DNA from: Candidatus Omnitrophota bacterium
GTDB taxonomy: Bacteria > Omnitrophota > Gorgyraeia > JABMRN01 > RBG-13-46-9
Length of the DNA stretch: 64,000 bases
Assembly: GCA_024542975.1 (NCBI GenBank)
Contig: JAMXCZ010000001.1
Coordinates: 24,141-88,140 of the forward strand
Direction of reading: 5' to 3'
Every line of letters starts with the position of its first letter. The stretch's first letter is position 1. The notes beneath the pieces are model-generated. The model did no database searches, had not been told where the DNA came from, and saw only the letters and a list, made by a program, of their open reading frames with translations. This document shows, piece after piece, positions 32,468-41,205 of the stretch. A program made the position numbers and the translations under genes.

Positions 32468-32519
32468 TTTATTCCTTTTTAAACATTTTAGCAAGAACAA
32501 AAATCCCTACGTGCGTATG

Positions 32520-32628
32520 GAGCGTTCTTCTTCGCTGAATATTTACATATTCAGCTTCGAAGAAACTGCTTTTCTGCTTCGCGAATTCCTGCGAAGCCGA
32601 AAGCGAAAGCATTTCGGCGAAGCAGAAG
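32520..32628. repeat. Multi-hairpin trailer downstream of tRNA-Gly
   Basis: TTCTGCTTCGC...GCGAAGCAGAA 11-bp stem and GCTGAATAT-TTAC-ATATTCAGC stem. Confidence 0.6.
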
Positions 32629-32699
32629 AGCGGGAGAGCGGAATCGAACCGCCGTGTGTAGCTTGGAAGGCTACCGTTCTACCATTGAACTACTCCCGC
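32629..32699 (-). tRNA. tRNA-Gly(TCC), CCA not encoded
   Basis: GCGGGAGTAGTTCAATGGTAGAAC...CTTCCAA...GGTTCGATTCC...CTCCCGCT. Confidence 0.95.
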
Positions 32700-32759
32700 A
32701 TTTGCGAAGCAAATGCGATTCTGAGGCAGTGCAGAAGATGCGACGACCTGAGGCATACC

Positions 32760-32842
32760 TTCGTAAGGTCCTTCGTCAAAACGAATTGCTCCCTTGAGTC
32801 ACAATTTGTGTTTTCCCCAGGATTACTTCTGCTTCGCAGAAG
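32760..32842 (-). repeat. tRNA-trailer repeat copy A (after tRNA-Tyr)
   Basis: CTTCTGCGAAGCAGAAGT.ATCCTG...GGAGCA...CGAAGGACCTTACGAA, shared with copy B. Confidence 0.75.
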
Positions 32843-32929
32843 TGGTGGGGAGAGAAGGATTCGCACCTTCGTAGGCTAAAAGCCGCCAGATTTACAGTCT
32901 GGTCCGTTTGACTACTCCGGCATCTCCCC
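32843..32929 (-). tRNA. tRNA-Tyr(GTA), long variable arm, CCA encoded
   Basis: GGGGAGA...CTGTAAA loop...GGCTTTTAGCC arm...GGTGCGAATCC...TCTCCCCACCA. Confidence 0.95.
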
Positions 32930-32948
32930 AAATTTTCAAAGAAAAAAT

Positions 32949-33033
32949 TTCGTAAAGGTCCTTCGCTCTGCAAAAAATGCTCCTATTCGTCGCATTTTTT
33001 ATGTCGCTCAGGATCACTTCTGCTTCGCAGAAG
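32949..33033 (-). repeat. tRNA-trailer repeat copy B (after tRNA-Thr TGT)
   Basis: CTTCTGCGAAGCAGAAGTGATCCTG...GGAGCA...CGAAGGACCTTTACGAA. Confidence 0.75.
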
Positions 33034-33109
33034 TGGAGCTAGCGGTCCGAATTGAACGGACGACATCCTCATTACAAGTGAGGTGCTCTACCAACTGAGC
33101 TACGCTAGC
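33034..33109 (-). tRNA. tRNA-Thr(TGT), CCA encoded
   Basis: GCTAGCGTAGCTCAGTTGGTAGAGC...CTTGTAA...GTTCAATTC...CGCTAGCTCCA. Confidence 0.95.
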
Positions 33110-33121
33110 AGGTATCTAACT

Positions 33122-33979
33122 TTAAAGAATTTTCTTTATCGCTTGCGGTAGCTTTTCCAGGAGATCAGTGGCGATCAGGCTAAACTGGCCTTTTTCTTTT
33201 GCTGCCAGATCTCCGGCCAGGCCGTGCAGGTATACGCCTATCACGGTAGCACTGTACGGATTTATTCCCTGCCCCACAAAGCTTGCTATCATGCCGGTAA
33301 GCACGTCCCCTACACCGGCTGTGCTCATCCCCGAATTTCCTGTCCGGTTTATATAGGTGTTACCTTTCGGATCCGCGATAACGGTCTTGCGGCCTTTAAG
33401 GGCCAGGATTACTTTATGCTTTTTCGCAAAGTCACTCGCGGTTTTTTCTCTGTTAGCCTGGATGGCGCGCACGTCTTTGCCGACGAGGCGCGACATCTCG
33501 CCCGGATGCGGCGTAAGCACTGTAGGAAGGATGCGTTTTTTCAGAATATCCGCATTTCCTGCGAGGGCAATTATACCATCCGCGTCAAGTATCACGGGTT
33601 TATTAATTTTCTCGAGCAAATTTCTTACGAGCTTTTGGGTTTCAGGGTGCCGCGAGATGCCGGGGCCAACAACCACAGCGTCGGTTTTTTTAACAAACTG
33701 CAGAATTATTTTTTCCGCAGGAAGGGCGAGCGCACCGTCCTTGACTTCGGGAAGCGCAAGCGTCATAGCCTCGGTAAGCTTGGTTTCCATAATAGCATTC
33801 AGGCTCTTGGGAACCCCGCAGGTGACGAGGCCGCTTCCGGAACGCATCGCCGCCTGACTCGCGAGAAAAGCCGCGCCCGTCATGCCCTGCGATCCGGCGA
33901 GTACAAAAACATGCCCGAAATCTCCCTTATGAGAATCTTCTCTCCGGCGCGGAATCTTCGAAATGTGCTTCTTTACCAT
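33122..33979 (-). CDS. nnrD: ADP-dependent NAD(P)HX dehydratase (stand-alone)
   Basis: HKGDFG, VGPG, DADG, TPHPGEM, G.GDVLTG. Confidence 0.92.
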   Translation of the reverse strand: MVKKHISKIPRRREDSHKGDFGHVFVLAGSQGMTGAAFLASQAAMRSGSGLVTCGVPKSLNAIMETKLTEAMTLALPEVKDGALALPAEKIILQFVKKTDAVVVGPGISRHPETQKLVRNLLEKINKPVILDADGIIALAGNADILKKRILPTVLTPHPGEMSRLVGKDVRAIQANREKTASDFAKKHKVILALKGRKTVIADPKGNTYINRTGNSGMSTAGVGDVLTGMIASFVGQGINPYSATVIGVYLHGLAGDLAAKEKGQFSLIATDLLEKLPQAIKKIL

Positions 33980-34362
33980 TATGTCCCCCTCACTAAAATT
34001 GCGGTTGCGACCGCATGCCCTTTGCAATGCGCCATACTAAGCACAACCTTGTCGATTTTTTCTCTTTTTTTCAGCCTCTTTGCGCTGCGGTGAAAATTGA
34101 CATACGGCCTGCCGCTTTTATCATTTAAGATCTCGATATCCTGCCACTTGCGAATACTTGACAGTTTATCTCCGAAAGCCTTGAGCACTGCTTCCTTCGC
34201 GGCGAAGCGCGCGGCAAAATGCTGGCTCTGGAACCTGCGGCTTTCGGAATATTTTATCTCGCCCTCGGTAAAGATTTTATTCAACAAATTCCTGCCCCAT
34301 TTTTTCCGGGTATCCCGGAAGCGCGATATCTCCACTATGTCTATGCCGGAACCAACGATCAT
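33979..34362 (-). CDS. acpS: Holo-ACP synthase
   Basis: GIDIVEISR, FAARFAAKEA, SGRP. Confidence 0.95.
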   Translation of the reverse strand: MIVGSGIDIVEISRFRDTRKKWGRNLLNKIFTEGEIKYSESRRFQSQHFAARFAAKEAVLKAFGDKLSSIRKWQDIEILNDKSGRPYVNFHRSAKRLKKREKIDKVVLSMAHCKGHAVATAILVRGT

Positions 34363-35072
34363 TTTACCAATTCCTTCATTTCCAGGACAGCTTTTCTTAT
34401 CCCCGTAAAAATCGCTCGCGCGATTATTGAGTGCCCGATATTGTATTCTTCGATTTCCTTTATGCGCCGTAACGGCGCGGTGTTCGTATAGTGCAACCCA
34501 TGGCCCGCAAAAACCTTAAGTCCCATCTCCCTCGCCAAAGAGGCGCTTTTTTTAAGCGCCAAAAATTCTTTTTTAACCTCGCGTTTGCTTCCGGCTTCTG
34601 CGTAGCGGCCGGTATGGAGCTCTATCATGGACGCCCCGGCTTCCTTTGAAGCTCTGATCTGCCGGGCGTCCGGGTCGATAAAGAAACTCACTTCGATGCC
34701 GGCTTTCTGCATTTTCCGAAGCGCCTTCGCAATTCGGCGCCTCCCCGAACAAACATCAAGGCCGCCTTCGGTCGTAAGCTCCATGCGCTTCTCCGGAACA
34801 AACGTAACCTGGTCCGGTTTTGCGTCAATGGCAATATCGATAATTTCACGGGATGCGGCCATTTCCAGGTTCAGCTTGATTCCAAGCACGCGCTTGAGTT
34901 TGTATAGGTCGCAATCCTGTATATGGCGCCGGTCTTCCCTTAGATGGCAAACGATTGAATCCGCGCCGGCTGACTGGCATATAATAGCTGCGCGTATAGG
35001 ATCGGGATAGTCAATTTTTCTTGCCTGTCGCAATGTCGCAACATGGTCGATGTTTACGCCTAATTTGGGCAT
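34359..35072 (-). CDS. pdxJ: Pyridoxine 5'-phosphate synthase
   Basis: LGVNIDHVATLRQAR, HLREDRRHI, TTEGGLD, AGHGL, NIGHSII. Confidence 0.97.
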   Translation of the reverse strand: MPKLGVNIDHVATLRQARKIDYPDPIRAAIICQSAGADSIVCHLREDRRHIQDCDLYKLKRVLGIKLNLEMAASREIIDIAIDAKPDQVTFVPEKRMELTTEGGLDVCSGRRRIAKALRKMQKAGIEVSFFIDPDARQIRASKEAGASMIELHTGRYAEAGSKREVKKEFLALKKSASLAREMGLKVFAGHGLHYTNTAPLRRIKEIEEYNIGHSIIARAIFTGIRKAVLEMKELVK

Positions 35073-35078
35073 CGGAGT

Positions 35079-35522
35079 TTATTTTTCGCGCGCTCCTTTG
35101 ATTTTTTTGACGGCAAGATAAACCTGAACCTTTGCGCCCTGGGGCGTTACCGAGCGGGATACGCTTTGTAATTCAATCTCGACAGTTTTGGTTTTTGTGT
35201 GCTCACTCAAATCTATTGGTTCTGTGTAAAGAAATTTTTTATCAGCCAGGAGTCCCGCTGGTCCTATGACCAAAATGGACTCCGGGAACAGCTTCGTATC
35301 GGAGTCAAGGAATTCATGCCCTTCCGGAACTGCCCCCACAAAGATTGGCTTAACGGTTAAGGGCTTGGATATATAGTCCGCGCGTTTGAAAAGTTTTTCG
35401 AGCACCGTTTGCTCTGAATCCGTCTTTGTCGTCTCGCCTACGTAAATCAGCGTTATAAAGGCGAGAAGAAGCGCCAGTAGTTTAAAACCGATATTATTCA
35501 GTAAAATGTAACGAATTCTCAT
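35079..35522 (-). CDS. Short CdaR/YbbR-like regulator
   Basis: NNIGFKLLALLLAF N-terminal anchor, one YbbR-like segment (TEPIDLS); directly follows cdaA. Confidence 0.75.
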   Translation of the reverse strand: MRIRYILLNNIGFKLLALLLAFITLIYVGETTKTDSEQTVLEKLFKRADYISKPLTVKPIFVGAVPEGHEFLDSDTKLFPESILVIGPAGLLADKKFLYTEPIDLSEHTKTKTVEIELQSVSRSVTPQGAKVQVYLAVKKIKGAREK

Positions 35523-36328
35523 TTTTGTGAATTGTGATCTGCCATACGGGAAACAATTTTATTCCAGAAATCGAATACGGATTTTTTGGATTTTTTCGGC
35601 CTGAAAATATTGTTAAGAACGCGCGCAAATTCTTTCTCATCGAGATGCCGCGTAAGCCTGCCGTTTACGGCGATGGAAATGTCGCCCGTTTCTTCACTGA
35701 CGACAACGCAAACAGCGTCTGTCTCCTCGGAGAGGCCTATTGCTGCCCTGTGCCTGGTGCCAAGCGCAGTGCTCACGTGCGGATTTTGGGTAAGCGGCAT
35801 AAGGCAGCCTGCCGCCGCGATGACTGACCCTTGCACAACAATACCTCCGTCGTGAAGCGGCGTATTCGGAGAAAATACCGTGTTCAGCAGTTCGCTTGAA
35901 ACATGGCTATCCATCTTTATCCCGCTTTCTATGTAGGGTTTTAGGCCGATCTCCCTTTCTACCGCAACGAGGGCTCCGATTTTCTTTTTCGATAGGATAA
36001 GCGCCGCTTTCGCGATCTCATCAAGCGCCTGCTGCTGCCCGGAGAACATGCCGAATTGCCCGATTCGCGCAAGCCCGCGTCTCAGCTCCGGCTGAAAAAT
36101 AATAACGAAAGCGATAACCGATATAGTGAAAAGCCGCGTCAGGATCTGGTTTATCGTCTCCAGCCGTAACTCTTTGCTTATCAGGAATATGATGACTATT
36201 ATGATTATGCCCTTTAGAACCTGGACAGCTCGCGTCCCTTTTATAAAAAGAAGGAGCATGTAAATAACAAACCAGAGTATACCTAATTCTACGACAAACC
36301 GGATTTGTTCCGCAAAATTAAAAATCAT
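35519..36328 (-). CDS. cdaA: Membrane-bound diadenylate cyclase CdaA
   Basis: 3 TM helices, FQPELRR, TPLHDG, GTRHRAA, VSEETG. Confidence 0.93.
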   Translation of the reverse strand: MIFNFAEQIRFVVELGILWFVIYMLLLFIKGTRAVQVLKGIIIIVIIFLISKELRLETINQILTRLFTISVIAFVIIFQPELRRGLARIGQFGMFSGQQQALDEIAKAALILSKKKIGALVAVEREIGLKPYIESGIKMDSHVSSELLNTVFSPNTPLHDGGIVVQGSVIAAAGCLMPLTQNPHVSTALGTRHRAAIGLSEETDAVCVVVSEETGDISIAVNGRLTRHLDEKEFARVLNNIFRPKKSKKSVFDFWNKIVSRMADHNSQK

Positions 36329-37194
36329 AACCCTTTCTCGATTAAGGCATCCGTCATGCGCACAAGATCCCTGGTCTCTTTTACGTCGTGAGCCCTCAGG
36401 ATGTCGGCGCCGTTCGCAATTGCAATGACCGATGCGGAAAGGCTTCCCGCAAGTCTCCGAGAGGTGCCACATCCGAGAAGCGAACCTATAAAAGACTTTC
36501 GGGAAACTCCGATAAGTATTGGAAATCCGAGGGCTTCGATCTCTTTAAGCCCCCTTATGATGCTCAGGTTGTGCGCTACGGTTTTCCCGAAACCGATCCC
36601 GGGATCAACTATAATTTTATCCGGCTGGATACCTCGAGCGAGCGCAATATCAATAGACTCCCTAAGTCCGTCCGAAACTTCGCCCATGAGGTCTCTGTAG
36701 TTCGGACTTTCCTGCATATTTTTCGGTGTCCCTTGCATGTGCATAACAGAAACCGCTACGTCGTGCCTGGAAATTACGCCTGCCATCGCCGGATCGTACC
36801 TGAGGCCAGTTACGTCATTCACCATTGTTGCGCCGGCCCGAATGGCGTGAAGCGCGACTTCATGTTTTGAAGTGTCGATTGAAACAGGTATGTCGATTTC
36901 ACCTGCTATGCGCTCAATTATCGGTATAGTGCGGTCGAGCTCCTCTTGAAGGCCGACCGGTTCCGAACCGGGCCTGGTAGATTCTCCACCGACATCTATA
37001 ATATCTGCGCCGTCACGCGCCATCATTTCTGCATGCCGAATCGCGGCGGTGTCATCGGTAAAGTTTCCGCCGTCAGAGAACGAATCCGGTGTTCTGTTCA
37101 AAATACCCATTATAAGGGTACGGCCGGAAAGCGGTAAGACGTATTTACCGCACTTTAATTCACGCTTTTTTCTTTGTTTTATTGCTACCGGCAT
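36325..37194 (-). CDS. folP: Dihydropteroate synthase
   Basis: MGILNRTPDSFSDGG, GGESTRPG, DPGIGFGK, SRKSF, RAHDV. Confidence 0.97.
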   Translation of the reverse strand: MPVAIKQRKKRELKCGKYVLPLSGRTLIMGILNRTPDSFSDGGNFTDDTAAIRHAEMMARDGADIIDVGGESTRPGSEPVGLQEELDRTIPIIERIAGEIDIPVSIDTSKHEVALHAIRAGATMVNDVTGLRYDPAMAGVISRHDVAVSVMHMQGTPKNMQESPNYRDLMGEVSDGLRESIDIALARGIQPDKIIVDPGIGFGKTVAHNLSIIRGLKEIEALGFPILIGVSRKSFIGSLLGCGTSRRLAGSLSASVIAIANGADILRAHDVKETRDLVRMTDALIEKGL

Positions 37195-39079
37195 TTTTCT
37201 CTTGTTCGTCCAGACCCAAAAGTTTTTTTACCTCAGTATCGTCCAAGACTTCTTTGATTAAAAGCGTCTCCGCCAGGACCTTCAGCTTATCCCTGTTCGC
37301 AGCGAGCGTAGATCTGGCGTTCTGGTAGCATTCGTCTACGATACGCTTTACTTCATCGTCTATAAGCTTGGCTGTCTCGTCGCTGTAGTTTCTCTCCTCG
37401 TGGATGTCCCTTCCCAGGAAAATCTGCTCATGCCGCTTGCCATAAGTCAGGTGCCCCAGCTTCTCGCTCATGCCGAATTGTGTCACCATGTTGCGCGCGA
37501 GCTCCGAAACCTGGACCAAGTCGTTGTGCGCTCCGCTGGAGAGTTGATTAAAAATAATGTCCTCCGCAGTCCTGCCGCCCAGCGTGACTATAAGCTTTGC
37601 AATAAGTTGCTTTTTTGTCGTAATGTACCTGTCGTGCTTGGGAGGATTGAATGTATATCCCAACGCCATGCCGCGGGGAATTATCGTTACTTTATGCATT
37701 GGGTCGGCATCCTCAGTGAGAAGAGAAAGTAGCGCATGCCCCGATTCGTGGTAAGAAACAATCGCCTTTTCCTCTTTTTTGATGACGCGCGACTTGCGCT
37801 GCGGCCCGGCCATCACCCGTTCTAATGCCTCCTCAAGGTCTTCCTGTACCACGGCCTCCCGTCCTTTACGCGCGCTAAGGAGCGCCCCCTCATTGACCAG
37901 ATTCGCCAGGTCCGCTCCCGAGAAACCGGGCGTCTGACTTGCGAGCCTCTTCAATATGACATCTTTGCTGAGCTTGACCTTTCTGACATGGACTTTCAAT
38001 ATTGCTTCGCGCCCGTTTATGTCCGGCCTGTCTATGACAATGTGCCTGTCGAAACGCCCGGGGCGCAAAAGCGCGGGATCCAGAACGTCCGGCCTGTTCG
38101 TCGCCGCTATTAAAATCACACCGGCCTGGGTATCAAATCCGTCCATTTCAACCAAGAGCGCATTCAGCGTCTGCTCTCTCTCGTCATGGCCGCCGCCTAT
38201 TCCGGCAAAACGCTGGCGCCCTACCGCATCGATTTCATCCAGAAAAATTATACAGCCTTTCTTTGTGATCTTTACGCTTTTTTTGGCCTGCTCGAAAAGG
38301 TCCCTCACACGCGAGGCGCCTACGCCAACAAACATCTCCACGAAATCAGATCCGGAAATACTGAAAAACGGAACCTTTGCTTCCCCTGCTACTGCCTTTG
38401 CAAGGAGCGTCTTTCCGGTTCCGGGCGGCCCCACGACAAGAACTCCCTTCGGCATTTTTCCGCCAAGACGCTGAAATTTTTTCGGGTCTTTTAAAAATTC
38501 TATAACCTCGGCTAATTCCTCCTTGGCTTCATCCACACCGGCTACATCCGCAAATGTAACGCGCAGATGTTCTTCGGTGGCAAGTTTTGCCCGTGACTTT
38601 CCGAAGGAAAGGATCCCCCTCCCTCCTCCGCCGGCAGCCGCCCCCCGGTATATGAAGAACCACAAAAACAGAATGAAAATAAGCATGGGGCCCAGCGAAT
38701 AGAAAAGGTTTGCAAGGAAGCTTCCGGACGGGCGTATATCAAATTCGCTTACGTTGGTCCTGAGAAGCGCGAGAAGCGCGGGGTCGTTTTCCGGAATGTT
38801 CACCATGTACCCCCTGCCGTCCTCAAGCTTACCGCTTATTTTGTTTTCGACTTTTACCGCGGACACAATCGCACCGGTTGTGTCATTCACGACGAGCATG
38901 TCGAAAAATTCTTTGTAGGTAAGCTCCGCAGGCGCCTTTTCAAACGTGACGGTTGCCCACTGTATAAGATAGGTTATGCCAAAAACGATCGAGAGAAGCA
39001 GTATCACATTCCTGCTATTCGAAGGCTGCTTTTTCCCGCCCTTTTTCTGCGGGTTATTTGTCGTTTTTATATTTTTCAT
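37160..39079 (-). CDS. ftsH: ATP-dependent zinc metalloprotease FtsH
   Basis: [25 protein letters not shown]; two TM helices. Confidence 0.98.
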   Translation of the reverse strand: MKNIKTTNNPQKKGGKKQPSNSRNVILLLSIVFGITYLIQWATVTFEKAPAELTYKEFFDMLVVNDTTGAIVSAVKVENKISGKLEDGRGYMVNIPENDPALLALLRTNVSEFDIRPSGSFLANLFYSLGPMLIFILFLWFFIYRGAAAGGGGRGILSFGKSRAKLATEEHLRVTFADVAGVDEAKEELAEVIEFLKDPKKFQRLGGKMPKGVLVVGPPGTGKTLLAKAVAGEAKVPFFSISGSDFVEMFVGVGASRVRDLFEQAKKSVKITKKGCIIFLDEIDAVGRQRFAGIGGGHDEREQTLNALLVEMDGFDTQAGVILIAATNRPDVLDPALLRPGRFDRHIVIDRPDINGREAILKVHVRKVKLSKDVILKRLASQTPGFSGADLANLVNEGALLSARKGREAVVQEDLEEALERVMAGPQRKSRVIKKEEKAIVSYHESGHALLSLLTEDADPMHKVTIIPRGMALGYTFNPPKHDRYITTKKQLIAKLIVTLGGRTAEDIIFNQLSSGAHNDLVQVSELARNMVTQFGMSEKLGHLTYGKRHEQIFLGRDIHEERNYSDETAKLIDDEVKRIVDECYQNARSTLAANRDKLKVLAETLLIKEVLDDTEVKKLLGLDEQEKNAGSNKTKKKA

Positions 39080-39090
39080 ATTAGCTTCAT

Positions 39091-39119
39091 ATCATATCAA
39101 AAAAATAGTAAAGACGCAA
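39091..39119 (-). promoter_or_regulatory. Putative sigma70 promoter of ftsH
   Basis: TTGCGT-17 nt-TATGAT with extended -10 TG. Confidence 0.55.
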
Positions 39120-39139
39120 TAGTTTTCGGGGAAAAGGGG

Positions 39140-40135
39140 TCAAACCCTTTTTCCCCGCGTAAAGAGTAAGCGGTCCACAGCCTTCGTTACTTTCACGCCG
39201 CCGGGAAGGTCCAGCGACTTTCCCGTGCTTTTTGTCCGGAAAAAATAGTCTATGTCTTTCCAGTGGCGAAACGTTAGTTTCTTTATGTTCCCGCCCGCAA
39301 GCCTGAATGCTTCCCGCAATATTTCTTTTTGCAGCGCCTTGGGCTGCAAAAGTATGTCGCGAAGTAAAACATAGCGCAAGTGCTTTCCGGATCGGATCGC
39401 GGGTTTTAGTTTTTTTGCTTCTTCTTCAATAAATTCGAAGTCACCCCGCAACGACTCCGCCAAGTTGGAAAGCGACCGTTTGAGGCGCGGGTTAATTTTT
39501 TCGAGATACGGAATGATTCGGTTGCGAATATTGTTGCGCAAAAATTTATTTTCTGCGTTTGTCGCGTCAATCCTAAACGGTATTCTTTTCGTCCGCAGGT
39601 ATTCCAGTATTTCTTTTTTCTCGATCTCAAGGAGCGGCCGGATGAATTTTACTTTTTTGTCGATTCGTACCGGATGTATTCCAACAACGCCGCGAAGGGT
39701 TGCGCCCTTCAGGATACGCATTAACACTGTCTCCGCCTGGTCATCCAATGTATGGGCCGTAGCAACAGTGCGTATCCCGAGTTTTACAGCCGCATTTTTA
39801 AAAAAGTCATACCTCTCTTCCCTCAGCCTTTCCTCCAGGGAAAACATGGATTTTGCTTTTTGCGGCGGTTTTAATTTTTTGTACAGGAATTTTATGCCCA
39901 GTGTTTTCGCCAGATTCTTTACAAATTCCGCGTCCCGGCTGGAAGCGGCACCCCGTATCCCATGGTCAATATGCGCAACGGAGAGCCTTATATCCAGACG
40001 GGCTTTTAGTTTATCCAAAATGCGCATGAGAAAAACGGAATCCGGCCCCCCTGATACGCCGACAAGCACCTTCTCGCCTTTCTCAAGCATTCCATAGTAG
40101 CTTATTGTGTTAAGGATCTTTATATCCGGGCCCAT
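39140..40135 (-). CDS. tilS: tRNA(Ile)-lysidine synthetase, short form
   Basis: SGGPDS, HIDHG, AHTLDDQAET, IRPLL, RNNIR; start moved downstream of the tRNA. Confidence 0.93.
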   Translation of the reverse strand: MGPDIKILNTISYYGMLEKGEKVLVGVSGGPDSVFLMRILDKLKARLDIRLSVAHIDHGIRGAASSRDAEFVKNLAKTLGIKFLYKKLKPPQKAKSMFSLEERLREERYDFFKNAAVKLGIRTVATAHTLDDQAETVLMRILKGATLRGVVGIHPVRIDKKVKFIRPLLEIEKKEILEYLRTKRIPFRIDATNAENKFLRNNIRNRIIPYLEKINPRLKRSLSNLAESLRGDFEFIEEEAKKLKPAIRSGKHLRYVLLRDILLQPKALQKEILREAFRLAGGNIKKLTFRHWKDIDYFFRTKSTGKSLDLPGGVKVTKAVDRLLFTRGKRV

Positions 40136-40145
40136 AAATAAGGAG

Positions 40146-40219
40146 TAGCGGGGGAGAGACTCGAACTCTCGACTTGCCGGGTATGAGCCGACCGCTCTAA
40201 CCAACTGAGCTACCCCGCC
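40146..40219 (-). tRNA. tRNA with CAT anticodon, most likely elongator tRNA-Met; CCA not encoded
   Basis: GGCGGGGTAGCTCAGTTGGTTAGAGCGGTCGGCTCATACCCGGC...GTTCGAGTC...CCCCGCTA. Confidence 0.9.
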
Positions 40220-40240
40220 ACGTTTTTTTTATTTTGTTTT

Positions 40241-40269
40241 ACTATATATTATTGGACTGTGTTTGTCAA
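40241..40269 (-). promoter_or_regulatory. sigma70 promoter for tRNA-Met and tilS
   Basis: TTGACA-17 nt-TATAGT. Confidence 0.75.
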
Positions 40270-41184
40270 GTCTGCCTGGAAAAATCCGCCCGAGATATGC
40301 ACGCCTCCCGCCTCATCCACAATAATGCAGTCAACCATCGTCATTCTCTTCGCTGCTGCAATCGCCTCGCGTGGCTCATATACGTAGAAGGCCGTTGCCA
40401 GCGCATCCGCCGTCATGCAATTGCCCGTCACCACAGTTACGCTTTTGTAAATATCTCTTACGAGGAGCCCTGTCTTTGGATTTATTATGCGGGAAAATTT
40501 CTCCCCGCCCGTTTCGGTAAATCTTTCGTACCCGCCTGATGTGGCAATGCCTTTGTTGCGTACCGTTAAGATTTCAACAATTTTATTCGAATCTTTCGGG
40601 TCCCGGACACCCACTTTCCAGCCATTGCCGGCCGGCCCGTCCCCCATGCAATACATGTCCCCGCCGGCGTTAATCAAGGCATTGCGGACTCCGTATTTTT
40701 TTAAGGTCGCAATCCCTTCGTCCACGATAAAGCCCTTCGCAATACCGCCTAAATCAATGCTTACACCGGATTCGGTAAAATAAATGCGCTTCCTGTATTC
40801 ATCAAGCCTCCACTTGCCAGAGCCAAGGCTGACATCAAAGACGCCGGATGTCTGCGCATATAGCGCTTTGGATCTCTTCAATACGCGAAACATCTCATCC
40901 GAAATCCGCAGCTTGTCTTTTTTTCTCAATCTGTTTATCAAAGACAATTCGCTATCATCCGAAAAATAGTCGAATTTTCTTTCCAATTTTTTCATGCGCG
41001 AAATGACTTTTTCTACGAGGCGTTCCCTAAAAGCGCTTTCCAGTTCATCCACGATCTCGATCGACGCAAAGGTGTCCATAAGGAAAAAGTTCTTGGTATA
41101 AGGCGGGGCCTTGGCGCATCCGGAAATAAAAAGAAGGCTTGAAAGGATGGCGGGAATAAATTGGGCGATTTTAACCCTGGGCAT
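40249..41184 (-). CDS. apbE: FAD:protein FMN transferase lipoprotein
   Basis: Lipobox ISGC; SELSLIN, DLGGIAKG, NAGGD, ATSGGYER, ADALATA. Confidence 0.9.
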   Translation of the reverse strand: MPRVKIAQFIPAILSSLLFISGCAKAPPYTKNFFLMDTFASIEIVDELESAFRERLVEKVISRMKKLERKFDYFSDDSELSLINRLRKKDKLRISDEMFRVLKRSKALYAQTSGVFDVSLGSGKWRLDEYRKRIYFTESGVSIDLGGIAKGFIVDEGIATLKKYGVRNALINAGGDMYCMGDGPAGNGWKVGVRDPKDSNKIVEILTVRNKGIATSGGYERFTETGGEKFSRIINPKTGLLVRDIYKSVTVVTGNCMTADALATAFYVYEPREAIAAAKRMTMVDCIIVDEAGGVHISGGFFQADLTNTVQ

Positions 41185-41205
41185 TGTAGTTCCTGAAAGA
41201 TACGC

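Noticed and set aside
32520-33110. Repeat-spacer pattern resembling a mini CRISPR array
   Set aside because: Only 2-3 degenerate copies, the intervening sequences are tRNA genes, and there are no cas genes.
40136-40204. TilS N-terminal extension MVRAVGSYPASREFESLPRYSLF
   Set aside because: It is the tRNA(CAT) sequence read as protein from an alternative start codon inside the tRNA; TilS similarity starts at the ATG at 40135. Unlike 25431-26105, no protein domain requires the overlap.
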